Assembly (NCBI GenBank): GCA_050273025.1
Contig: CP158635.1
Span: 2,356,001 to 2,420,000, forward strand
Direction: 5' to 3'
Length of the DNA: 64,000 nt
Source of the DNA: Cenococcum geophilum
Taxonomy: Eukaryota
A program made the translations under genes and the position numbers. Within the stretch, counting starts at the first letter, position 1, and every line of letters starts with the position of its first letter. The notes below the pieces were generated by a model. It was not told the DNA's origin and did no database searches. It worked only from the letters and a program-made list of their open reading frames with translations. Positions 23,794-37,014 of the stretch are shown here, in pieces.

Positions 23794-26700
23794 ACGTACT
23801 TTATAAGCAAGTCGGCTATATAAGTAAGCCGGCCACCTTAAAACTTATTAAAAATTAGAAAAATCGCACTGTATAATTACAGCACCTGGTGTATAAACGC
23901 GTAAATACGCGTTCATGCACCAACCACCTACGTGCTAACTAATTAGGGGGGAGGCGCGTTAGTATATAGACCACGTAGTCTACCTTAATAGAATCGACAG
24001 TTACCACCATCCCAAAGAGCATACAATACTATATGTATTTCGTGCCCCGGGATACGACTTACTTATGCTATTAAGTTAGTACGAACACTAATTAGTAAGC
24101 GCGCACAGATCAGTAATCACTTGATACCTCCCCCCGAGCGATATACATAACAGCAACCACCTGTTTAGACTCCTAGTACGACCTGCTAGAAGGTCGGAAG
24201 TCAGGGATTACGGACTATCACCAACTCTGTATACTTATTTAAGTCTTAGTATAGTTTACTAGAAGTTATAAACGCGAATATAGACCTATACAGAACCCCT
24301 ATCCTCAAACCCCTCAAACTTTAAACCTCTTCGGACCTTTTGCGGAAAACTCCTACCCTCCTGCGAACTATTACGGACCCGTTAATTAATTTTATAGACC
24401 GTTATAAGACCTCCCCTACCCGTTATAAGCTGCTACCACCCGCTACGCACTATACTACACTATAGTATGGCAGACATCAGTAAGTAAGTTAGTAAAGGTT
24501 AAAAGAAGTGGAGATAAGGAGTCGACGTTACGTCTATAAACGACGTTAACGACTATATTAGTTTCAAAATCCTTAAATATAAATACTTTAAGCTTATAAA
24601 TGACGACCTGTGGGAGTAATACTAGGAAGACTTTGCGGACTTTACGGAAGCTATTTTTAAGGCCTATAACCCTATTACTATCCGTAAACTATAAACCCTT
24701 TTACGTAACTAAGGTGTATAGGTTAAAAGGAATAAATAAGTTACTATTATATAGTCCTTATATAATATAATACACGAGAAGGACTAAACGGAATAGACTA
24801 AAGAGGAAATCCTAGACCAGTTCCAAGAAACTAAGGAACTCTTTACTTCTTCCAAACTTAATATAATTGCTGGCCTTATACCTAACCCACTTAACCAAAT
24901 TCGTCCTATAAACCTAAGCGGCTTTAGACTTAACCTTATTGGCTAAAATATACCCTACTCTTAAGTTACGGATTATAATACCCCTGTAAACCAAAATACG
25001 GACCAAACTACCCCCGCTATTTAAGTTACAGACCCGTAAGCTATATATCCGTAAGCTATAGATCCGCAAGTTATAGATCCGCAACCCACCTAAGTAAAGA
25101 CCTACAGTAAGGAGCTAGCTAACCTAGCTAAGCTCTATACCAACGAATCTAAGTACAGCGGTGAAAATAATAATTTTGACTTTAAACTAACCATCTTTAC
25201 AGACCTCTGCCAGAAGGCCGACATTCCTAAATAAGAGTTCAGCCAAGCCTACTCTACCATACTGCGCGGTTTAGCACTTAACTACTACTACACCAACCTT
25301 AAGAGCAACCCCCTTGGTGTCCCCTTTAATAAGCTATATAAAGCTACCCATAACTACTTTAAAGGACCGGAATATAGGCGTAATATCCTTACCTAATAGA
25401 ATACGACTAAGCTACGGACCGTAATTAATAAGAACACTAAAAAATCGACTATAGAGTGCCTGCAAATTCTTATTAAAGACCTCCGGCACCTACAGCACGG
25501 CCTTAACGCTAAGCTTTAAACAGACGACTTTTTATACAATAAACTTATTACGGCCTACCAGGAAGTAGAGCCCTGCAAGTACGCCTATTATAAGCCTACA
25601 GATACCTTAACTGGCCTCATTAATAATCTACGCTCCTCTATTATAACCTATAAAGTCTTAAACCCACCAGGCAGCACTTAAGCCTTTATTACGGATATTC
25701 AATATCCATAAATAGACTTAGACGTCTACTTTACGGACCGCTGCTACCGCTAGTAGCACCCGTACCGACCAAGTCCTACCTATAACCCCCGTAGTAACCC
25801 CTATATAAAAGCATACCCCTACAGACAAACAAGCCAGAAATGCTTTGTATGTGGTAAGGAAGGATATTGGTCTACAAGGCATACCTAGGAAGAATATAAT
25901 AGGTCTAAGAAGAGATTTAATAAACGGATTAGCCAGTTTATCTTAGAATACAAAGGAAAGGAAGAAGAGGAGCCCCCTAATAAGTTAATAGAAGCCCTTA
26001 TAATTAACTTTAACCTAGACAACTAGGAATAGGAGACCCTAAAGACGTTCCTAACTACTTTCAGACCTTTTACGGACAGCTAAGCCTTTAATATTACAAC
26101 CGTATTAGCCAACCATTCCTTTATACACTTAGTTGCGCCTAAAAACTATTCCGCAAGCACCCCCATTACGAACGTTATAGATTATAAGCAGGACCCATTT
26201 GCATATATTACCACAGAACGCTATACCCCTAAGGAATTCTACGGTATTATAATCGACATAGGCGCCTCTAAGAAGTCTACTGCAGGCTACGGACAATACC
26301 TCGCATATAGGACCACCGCAAATAACAATACGGATATTAATATTACGCAAACTAGGGCCGTAAACGTCTAATTCGGCATTAGCTCAACTGCATTAATTAG
26401 ATCAATTACAGTTAAGACCCTAATTGGCCTAGTTAACTTCCACATAGTAAAAACAGACACCCCTTTCTTACTTTGCCTTGCGGACATAGACAGGTTATAG
26501 GTTTACTACAACAATATTACGGACACCTTAATCGGCCCCACAACTGCCCTAGGAAGCAAGCATATTACCCTACTAATTACACAACGATTTAGACACCCGT
26601 TCCTTATATAGGGAGAGACTTTACGGACCTATATTTAGGAATCTTTTAACTATAACCCATGCTACCTTACTAGTACGGAGATCCACCGTCTACACCGCCG

Positions 26701-29700
26701 TTTCGGCTACCCGTCAGCCGAAAAGCTATATAGAGTCCTTAAACGCTCTAAACACGACAACGTCGACAGGAAGGCAGTTAATTACCTAACTAAATACTGC
26801 TCCTTTTGCCAGAAATACGGACATTCCCTAGGCCAATTCAAGTTCACCCTTCATAAGGACCTTAACTTTAACCACTTAGTATACGTAGACATTATATACA
26901 TTAACGGCAGCCCAGTATTATATATAATTAATAAGGCAACCCGCTACTAAGCCGCCCGTTAGTTGCAAAATATATCCGCAAAGTATACTTAGGATATTTT
27001 ACGGACCTGCTGGATTAACACGTATATTAGACCTCCTGAGTATATTACCCACAACGCCGGTAGGAACTTCATCAGCAAGGAATTCCAGCAGTATGCTACG
27101 GCCATGGCTATATTAACAAAAACTATTCCAGTTAAGGCGTATTAGTCTGTTAGGCTTATTAAGCGAGCTTACCTAGCTCTATAAAGAGCTTATTAGATTA
27201 TTACGGACGAGTATAAGGACATCTAAAAGGAACTGGCTTTACAGATGGCCGTAAAAGCCGTTAACGATACCGCTGGCCCTAACAGACTAGTACCCACTCT
27301 CTTGGTTTACGGAGCCTATTTAAGGATAAGCAACCTAGGCCCCCCTACCCCGTCTATTACGGAACGAGCAGCTATAATACAGAAGGTAATGGCCGAAATA
27401 GTTAAATTACGGGCTAAATAAACTGTTAATAACGCCTTATACTACCGTAACGGACCTAATACAACCTTAGTACACAACCTCCCGCTTAACTCTAAAGTCC
27501 TTATATAGCATAAAAGCGGCAGCTAGAATGGACCCTATCGCCTACTAGCCGTAGAAAATAAAACGTGCTGCGTATAGCTTCCTAGCGGGCCAACTAGCTT
27601 TAGAAGCACGTTCGTAAAACCCTACTTTTAATCCAAAAACACCCATAACGTCAAACTAGACGAACCGGAAGTACCCGCCGAACTAAATAAACTGGAAGTA
27701 CCCCCACCTACCTTAGAAGTCCCCTAGGAACTCACTAAACCCGCTAAACCTACTATAAAGCGTAGCCAAGGACGCCCCCGAAAGTATCCTATAACTAAAA
27801 ACCCCATAATAAAGAATTACCTAACCTCCGCAGGTATATCCGCAAGACAATCTCTACCTATAGATATATTAGTCCTAGTATAGGAAACCCCTTTTACGGA
27901 CTTATAGCGTAAAGAGATTAATGGACTACTTAAAAAGGGCGTCTTTGCGGTTATAATAGAAAAAGATGTTCCGCAAGGCGTCCGTATATTTAACTTACGC
28001 TTTATTAACAAGATTAAGCACCCTAGTACTAATAAAGCTTTTAAGAAATTAAGGCTCGTTATACAAGCTTATAATGACTAGGGAAAGGACCTAGTCCTTA
28101 CGCAATCGCCTATAATTTAACAAGTCAGTTAACGGATTATACTTATACTTATGCCTAAACTACAGCAAACTAAACCTATAGCCCTCTACTTACGGGACAT
28201 CTCACAAGCCTACGTGCAGTCGAATACCTACCTAAGTAGGGACATCTTTATACGACTACCCCGTAAGCTTAACCTATAACTAGGAACAATTTTATAGATT
28301 ATAAAACCTCTTTATAGGGTACTAGAAGCTAAAAACCACTGGTTTAAGATATACCACTAGCACCACGTTAGTAAACTCAAAATGGAATAGTCGACCTACG
28401 ACCCCTGCCTCCTATACAGCCCATTAAACGGCCTTGGTATTGTTGGACTCTAAATAGATAATACCCTATTTCTAGCAAACCAGACCTTTACGGATGCTAA
28501 AGAAACTAAACTATAAAAGGCCAAGTTCTTGGCAAAGCCGTAAGAGTAGTTAACTAAGTAGAATCCGATTAAGTTTAATAGAGGCCTAATTATATAAAAG
28601 GGCAACCTAATTAAGCTAACTTAGGAACGCCAAGCTTAAAACCTAAAGCCCGTTATAGTAAAGCCTATGGACCTTACTAGCTCCCATAGAGAGACCCATA
28701 AGACCGTAAATATAAAGGACTAATACATTGCATAGCGTGTAAGAGGCGCCTATATTGCCATAGTCTATTAACCCAAATCTGCCTATAATTTGTCCTTTAC
28801 GGCCCAGGTAGTAGATCCGCAAGAAGAAAATATTAAGCAGCTTAATAAGCGCATTTAGTGGCAAATTAACAATGCAGTAAGGGGACTTACTTTTATACCA
28901 CTAGACCTAAGTTCCCTTAGCTTACTGGTATTTACGGACGCCTCCTTTACTAATAATAGGGACCTATCATCATAAATTGGCTTCGTAATTATACTTACGG
29001 ACCGTAATTAGGACGTAAATATACTATATTAGTCTTTAATTAAGTGCAAACGAGTAACCCGCAGTGTACTAGCCTCTAAACTATATGCACTAGCTTATGG
29101 CTTTAATATAGCAGCCGCAATTAAATTAACGGTCTAGAAGATTCTATAACTAGAGCAGTTACCCCTAGTTTTATACACCGATTTAAAGTCCCTCTACAAC
29201 TACCTAGTTAAACTAGGTACGACATAAGAGAAGAGGCTTATAGTCGACCTAATGTGCTTACATTAGGCCTATAAACAACGTGAAATTGCGGAGGTTAAAT
29301 AGATCAGCGGCGGAAACAACCTAATAGACGCTATAACTAAGGCAAAGCCGTATTAAGCCCTTAAAACCCTAATTAATATAAACAAGCTTAACCTAAAAGT
29401 TATAAAATAGGTAGAACGGGACTAACGAAGTACCTATAGTACGCCTACGGCCCGTTAGAAGGCCGTACGGCTTATTATACGGCCTATTCTACGGACCGTA
29501 AGCTATCAGGTAGAAAATAGTGGAAAGCTGCGATAAAACTTAATGGACTCACGTGACCTACTAAATTCTGCTATATTCTGCCACAGTAGTCAAATCTACT
29601 AATTACGATTTTCCATGCCAGGCATAGAAAATCGCTATTGGCTTGCTTAGTACTAGCGTCTTAGCGGCCCTTAAGATCTAACTTATAGCTCGTCTACTAC

Positions 29701-30474
29701 CCGTTAAAAGGCCGTACGGTTCATTTTACGGACTGTAAGCAGGACTTACGGCCAGCTTAGGGCACCGTTTAGAAGGCAGCCTAGAAGGCACCTCGGGAGG
29801 AGTTTCCTATGTATTTTCTTATGTGTTTTATGGTTCTATTAAGGCAATTATAGAGGCTGTACACAAGTAGTTTCATTTTCCAAGTACCGCTAGTATATAA
29901 TTATAGCACCTGGTATATAAACGCGTAAATACGCGTTCGTGCACCAACCACCTACGTGCTGACTAATTAGGGGGGAGGCGCGTTAGTATATAGACCACGT
30001 AATCTACCTCAATAGAATCGACAGTTACCACTATCCCAAAGAGCATACAATACTATATGTATTTCGTGCCCCGGGATACGACTCACTTGTGCTATTAAGT
30101 TAGTACGAACACGCACCTTAATATCTCTATAACTACTTAATAATAAATTCTAATATTTTAGATTTAGGCTTTTATATATACTTTATAGCCGCTATTATAG
30201 TTATATAGTATATAGTTTAGTAGTTATTAAGATATAGCAATTTAGCATTATTTAGAAGCTAAAATAAAGTTAAATTGCTATATCTTAAAAACTACTAAAC
30301 TATATACTATATAACTGGAATAGCGGCTATAAAGTGTATATAAAAGCCTAAATCTAAAACATTAGAATTCATTATTAAATAGTTATTAAGATATTAAGGT
30401 GCGACTTTTCTAATTTTTAGTAAGTTTTAAGGTGGCCGGCTTGCTTAAGTAGCCGACTTACCTATAGAGTACGT
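23794..30474. mobile_element. Second Fot1/pogo-type MITE (~434 bp), split by the Copia insertion
   Basis: acgtactttataag...ctatagagtacgt termini, TA-flanked; pieces 23794-23869 and 30117-30474; long inverted arms. Confidence 0.88.
23870..30111 (+). mobile_element. Full-length Ty1/Copia retrotransposon, probably GalEa clade
   Basis: 218-bp LTRs at 23870-24087 and 29894-30111 with 10 differences, all transitions; TSD cgcac. Domain order gag (ATG 24467), protease IDTGAS ~26252, integrase LHRRFGHP ~26690, RT KSRLVVQAYND ~28045 and QTDD ~28450, RNase H FTDASF ~28930 and NPxDAMTK ~29318. Confidence 0.95.
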
Positions 30475-31599
30475 TAAGAATATTTCCTATCTCTAAGTTG
30501 TCTATTAGAGGTATAGCATTCCTATCTTTAATTTAGTAACCTTTATTATTTCTAATACCTTTTATTAGATCATTATATTCTAATTATTATAACTAGCTTC
30601 TTTTAATTATTCTTTTATTTAGTAAAAATATACTATTATATAGTGGTATATATAACTAGCTTTTATAGTAATATATACAACTAGCTTTACCCCTCCTCCT
30701 TAGTAAGTTATAGATTTAGTACGCGCATCTAATTTCGCCTAATTGCCATTAACTATATATAGTAATTAAAGTAAAGCCAAGTGCCTAGTTGCTAGGGGTA
30801 ATTAAATTAAAGCTATATATTTAGACCTTACCTAGCTTACTAAAGTTTAAATATTAATCTAAAATAGTATTATAAAATTCTTAATTTACCTTTAATATAA
30901 ATCCTCTTTTAAAACGCATAGCGGCTTAATTAATAGGTATATTTCCTTACCCTTAACAAAATTAATAAAGCCTTCTTCCTCCCTTATTATATACACTTCT
31001 GCCTTTATAAAGTTCTTGCTAAAATACCCTATAATAGCCGGCAAAATATAAATATAAAACTGTTTAGCTAAACTTTATATTAAGGGAGCTTAAGAAAATA
31101 GAAAATAATTTAAAAGCTATAGATAAGGATAATAAGGAAGATATAGAGGCTTGGCTTAACTATATATAAAGTTAATAAACTTCTTATATATAGAGCTAGT
31201 AGGCTTAATTAAGGCTATATAAGTTACTATATTTAATATAGGATTCTACCTACTTATAGTTAAATATGCTAATACCGCGATAATAAGCTACAGCCTTATA
31301 GGCAGTTGCTTAAGCTACTTAAGCTCCTCTATAAAATACAATTAAAGATATATAAAAAAATAACCCCGCCACCTTACCTATATATAGAGAGTGTGAGGGC
31401 GTAAAGAGGCTTTAGGGAAGATTTAAAGGAACAATATAAATTCTATCTAAATCTAAGGGTATATAGTTCTTATAAAGTACAAGACGTTATATAAAGAAGA
31501 AAAAGGAATAACGAGAGAATTATATAATTAAATAGTTAGGGGTCTTAGTGGTTAATATATACGTATATACATACGCGGTCTTTAATAGACTTTAGTAGA

Positions 31600-31995
31600 A
31601 TTTAATTAATCTAGCAGAACTTAGTAAAAGTCAATTAAGCTAGCAGAATTTAGTAGAAGTTAATTAAGCTAGCAGAATTCGGCAGAATTTGGTTAAAGCG
31701 TTAGAAGAAAGAATTAATTAGGCTTTTTATAACTACCTTAGGTTACCTAGTAATCCTTAGATAAAGCTATATAAGGTAACAATTAATTAGAATAACTTTA
31801 AGCTTCTATTTACTACCTCTTATTATAAGTAAAAATGCTTTATAACTTACTATTTAGACTCTAAACTAAAATTTAAAAAATCTACTAGGATTTACTAGTC
31901 TAACATTTCTACTAATGTGTACCCTATACCTAAGAAATCCACCTAATTTTACTAACCTAGGAATTCTACCAAATTCTACTAATATAAGATTTCCG
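31600..31995. repeat. Degenerate AAATTCTGCC-type minisatellite units in both orientations
   Basis: gcagaattt/gcagaattc units at 31610-31692; aattctacc/aattctact units at ~31960-31982. Confidence 0.55.
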
Positions 31996-32099
31996 CTAAC
32001 GTCTGCTAAGGACTTAGAAATTATACTAAACTATATAAACTAATTTTAACTACTATACCGCCCTAAACTAAGTAGAAGCTAAAGCTTAATATATAAAAG

Positions 32100-34792
32100 T
32101 ACTAAAAGACCTAAAATTCTACTATAAAAAAGATACTTAAAGAACTTAAATATAAATTCAATACTAACTCTATACCTAATATAGAATATAAAGCTAAATA
32201 AAAAACTATATAAGAAACTATAGATAATCTAAGTAAGCTTAACACCCTCAATATCTATATAATTAGAGCTACCCTACTAGCCTAACTTACTAAAAAACCT
32301 AAATATACAATCTTTATCAGGATAATAACCAATATTAAAAAGGCCTTAATACTAAAGAAGTATACCGACCCTACTATAAAGGTACTAGTGGAGTATTATA
32401 AAACGCCTAGATATATTCTTATAAAAGGAAGCTAATAAGCTACTAAAATACCAACTATATAAATATAAGTGTCTGAATAAGGTTCTGTAATATAGTAGAC
32501 ACGGTTGCTTGTAACCAATTGGGTTTACCACGTGAGCTAAGTAAGCTTAGGAGATCCACCAAATTCCACCTGTAGAAGTAGAAGGAACGAAAAAGAAGAA
32601 ATCAATTGAGACCAAAAACCCCCCTACCGTGATCCGAATAATAAGATTGTACTTAAAAAAGAAAAGTAGTTAGGATTTAGACCCCTATATAGGATATCCT
32701 AAAACAAACTCTAAGTACTATAGTAGTATTTAGATAAGAACCTAAGTAAAGGATTTATTAGAGTAAGCTCTTTACCTATAGCTATACTAGTAATTATTCT
32801 TAAGAAACCTAATAATAGTTTATACTTCCATATAAATTACTAAGCTTTTAATGCCATTACTATTAAGAACTAATATCTAATCCTATTAATATAAGAGAGG
32901 CCGAACTAATTAAGTAAGGCTTGCTATTATATAAAGCTTAATATTATCTCTATATTTAACTACCTCTATATTATAAAAGGAGATAAATAGCTTACTATAT
33001 TCCATACCTAGCATAGATTATTTAAATACTTAGTAATACTATTTAGCCTTATAAACGCCCTAAGCTCGTTTTAATATTATATAAATAATACCCTATATTT
33101 CTTCCTAAATACCTTTTATATAGCTTATATTAACAATATATTAATATAGAGTAATAAGCTAACTAAATATTGGAAATATATTCACCTTATTTTATAAGCC
33201 CTATATAGAGCTAGTCTATAATCAGATATAGATAAATATAAGTTTTATAAAATGGAAGTTCTATATTTTAAACTCCTTATTTATATAAATAGTATATAAA
33301 TAAACCTAAAGAAAGTTAAAGTAGTTATAAACTAGTAAAAACCAAAGAATATTAAGGACGTAAAAGCCTTTATACGATTTACCAATTTCTACTAACGGTT
33401 TATTAATAACTTCTCTACCCTAGTTTTACTCCTTATAGCTCGAACTTGAAAAAATAAAGCCTTTATCTTTAATAAGGAATATAAAAGGTATATTTACTAC
33501 TATACCTATACTTTAATACTTTAACCTAAACCAAATAAGTGTTATAAAAGCTAATTTATCTAACTATATTACTAGAAGCATTCTATCTTACTATAATAAG
33601 GATAGAGTATTATACTCTATAGTATACTTTTTAAAATAACTAAGCTTAGGTAAATATAACTATAACATCTACGATAAGGAGCTACTAGCTATTATTAGAT
33701 ATTTTAAATAATAGTAATCTAAACTAGAAGGTATTAGATTTTTAATTAAGGTCCTTAGTAACTATAAGAACCTATAATACTTTACAACTATAAAATAGCT
33801 AAGTTATTACTAGGCCCGCTAGTTAGAATATCTATTTTATTTCTAATTCTTAATTATATACTACTTAGGCATTTAAGGCTAAAAGCCTAATACTTTAACC
33901 TAACGCTTATAAGACGCGCTAGTACTAAAAGAAGTACGCTCTTGCTAAAACTAGACCCAACTTTACCCTAAGCTATTTAACCCTTTTATTAATAATCTTA
34001 TAGTATATATCCTTAAAATAACTAACTAATTAATTAAATAGATTAATAATAATAAATACATAAATAACAAGTACATCTAAGAGACGCTTAAGCTAATTTA
34101 AGACGGTGTTAGACGCTTTAAAAGGATCTCCCTATGTAAATATAAAGCTTATAGAGACCGCCTATGCTACTAAAACTATCTAGTTATCCTTAACTATAAT
34201 AAGCTTAAGCTTAAGCTCCTTAAACACGCATATAATCTACTAGTAGCTAGCTACCTAAGCCAAGACAAAATCCTAGGGCTACTCTAATAGGAGTACTACT
34301 AGCCGAATATATATAATATAAAGGTATATCTTTAGCTACTATATATACTAATAAGCTAAAGCTTTATATAAGACGTATAACATCCTCCTAAAGCCACTAC
34401 CTATTCCAGACTAAAGATATAAAAATCCTTAATTAACTTTGTTATTAATCTCCCCGTAAGTAAAGGCTATATAAATATTATAATAGTTATAGACCAACTA
34501 TTTAAGATAGGATACTTAATTGCCTACCCTAATATATTAACACTTATTATTGCCTAACTATTCCTATACTATATATAAAAACTCTATAGGCTCCCTAAAA
34601 CAATTATCTCTAATAAAAGCAGCTAGATTATCTTTATATTTTAGAACAAACTAACTACCTAACTTTATATTAAAGTACTATTGTTTATTATATATTACCT
34701 AGAAATAGAGAGTTAAATAAAACATATAAATACTATAATAGAATAGTATATTTAAATATATATGTTATATTTATAGGATAACTAAATTAACT
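32100..34792 (+). mobile_element. Heavily RIPed Gypsy pol fragment (Gypsy-3: RT, RNase H, partial integrase)
   Basis: De-RIPed: DKLP.HRPY.HK ~32435, GPLYGMS ~32675, YIDDIL ~33126, YDKELLAI ~33670, HGLP ~34586; breaks off abruptly after LQDDW ~34785. Confidence 0.85.
32470..32640. mobile_element. Solo LTR (171 bp) in Gypsy-3 pol
   Basis: tgt...a(t)a termini; TSD ataag at 32465-32469 and 32641-32645; removal rejoins HK-IVL. Confidence 0.82.
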
Positions 34793-37014
34793 AAGCTCGG
34801 ACCCCTAGAACTCAGTCGCCTCCTAAACTTAATTACTACACCAAAATTAACTCTCCAACTTGCGGACCTATTTTCTCTATAACGAGCTGATCAATATAGA
34901 CCAAACTAAGTAGAATTTATAAATAGTTATTATAGATTTTAAATCTGGTTCTTATAAGTTTGCGTAAAAAGCAATGCTTATATATAGTATCCCTTTATTA
35001 ATTTTAAGCGATCAATTAGATGGCAAGTTACTATAATAATTTATACACTAGTATAAATAGTAATTAACTCCTATATAGGGGGCCTTGCTTTTTAATTAGG
35101 TACTTAAACAGAACCTATAAAGATTTAGCCCCTTATATATAATTATAAAAAAATAGTAATCCAAATCTTTAATTAAAATAGCAATACTAAGCCCCTTAGA
35201 AAAATTTAGGTAATTAGCTATTTTAGATAGAATTTTTAGATTAATTTTTTATTTACTTAATTAATAGAAAGTGTATAAGTTAGTTAGGCACGACTATCCC
35301 TTAACTCGTTAGGGTCCTTTAAGAATTCTCCACTGGATTTAATTAGCCACCTATATTAAACCGGGTTATCTAATTAGCTAGTCCCTTATTAATAACTGTA
35401 AGACCCAAATTAATGGGTTGAGGGATAGTAAATTTAAAAATTCTGTAACCTTTATAAAAAGGTATATAGGAAAGTTAATATATTATTAGAATATGTCTAA
35501 AATATATATTAATTTAGAGTTATATTAAGTATATATATAAACTTAATTACTACAGTAAATGCCTTTAAAAGATTTTTTTTTATATTATTACTAAATAATT
35601 ATAAATAGGTGTTTATTATAGAGATAATATTTACTCTAAATTAATTGGTTAATTTCCTTATATATTATGTTATAATATTTAATTACTCTATTGCAGCTCC
35701 CGTTAGGGTCTATATAACGGGTCTATATAGGTATATATATATATATATATAAGAGAGAAACCGTATAGCTAGGGCTAGATATAACCTCTCCTTCTCTTAT
35801 TATATAGCCTATATAGCCTCTCTTCTAATTAGTAACTACTAAGCATAAGTAGATATCTTTTTAAGGCACTATAGAAAAGCTATCTTAATGCGTACTCCTA
35901 GGTCTATCTAGTAGGGTATATAGCTAAGGCTTAGGTTCCGTTTCTAGCTGTTTTGGTTATCTAGGTAGGGTATAGGCTAGTAGCCTATAAGGCTAGTAGT
36001 GGTATAAAAGGTTCCGTTGTCTATATCTACGTTAATATATACAGCTCTATAACTTGCTAAGTTTTACTAAGTTCTACTAAGATATTAACTTCTACTAAAT
36101 TCTACTAGGTTACTAAATTCTGCCAAATTCTACTAGGTTGCCAACGTTCTACTAATTCTATTAGGTTATTAAAAACCTTTACCGTATATGCAACCTTACT
36201 AAAAGGTGGCGCCGCACTTTAAAACTTACACATACCCATCTTCCTATTAAAAGCAATTGATTTTTAGACTCTTAAGACCTAATTCCTACTACCTAGCAAG
36301 CTAGAGGCGGATTCATTTACCTTTTTACACCCTTTTTACCTAAGAGAAAATTCTTTTAAGGGGTGGTTTTAGCTTGTAAGCGAGGCAGGGATAGGAATAC
36401 CAAAACATTAAAACATAGACTTTTCCTAGGTTTTTCTTCTATAAAAAGTAAAAGCCTAATAAAATAGGAGGTGTAGGTATTTTTCTATATCTCCTTTAGT
36501 TAGATTTTCTTTAGTAAGAGAAGGATTGCCTTTTCGGGCTTTTTTGCTAGTAAAAGCCTAACAAGTCCTTTTTTCTAGTAGTTTTTTCTACTTCTAATAG
36601 AGAAGAAAATAACTACTATAGTCTTTTTACCCAGTTTTTCTACTACCTTTTAGTCTAATTTCCCCAGAAACTCTCTAGTAGGGTTAGTAAGGAAAAAGGA
36701 TATAGAAGGATAGTAAAAACTAGGAAGGCTTTTTACCTAGTTTTTTACCTCTATGCTAGGAGATAAGAGACCTAAGGAGGTTATTATCTACTGCAAAAAC
36801 TAGGAACCCCCCCCCCTATAAGCTATAAGCTATAAGCTATAAGCTATAAGACACGAAATGCTAAAGGTAAAGGCTACTAAGCCTAAAATAAAGCCTCCTA
36901 TAGAGATAAGCGATGACGAATTCTTATCTACCTCTTCTACTTGTTCTTCTCTATCTTCCCTATACCTATCTAGAAAAGATAAAGAAGTAAAAGAAGTAGA
37001 TAAGCCGTCTCTAG

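Noticed and set aside
30477..31450. Coding-like RIPed sequence with acidic stretches (also 23659-23791)
   Set aside because: No diagnostic motif could be recovered by eye; left unassigned.
34793..36050. Unassigned sequence truncating Gypsy-3, with a small cccgtta/taacggg stem and a (TA)n tract
   Set aside because: No matching terminus, TSD or ORF was found, so it cannot be classified.
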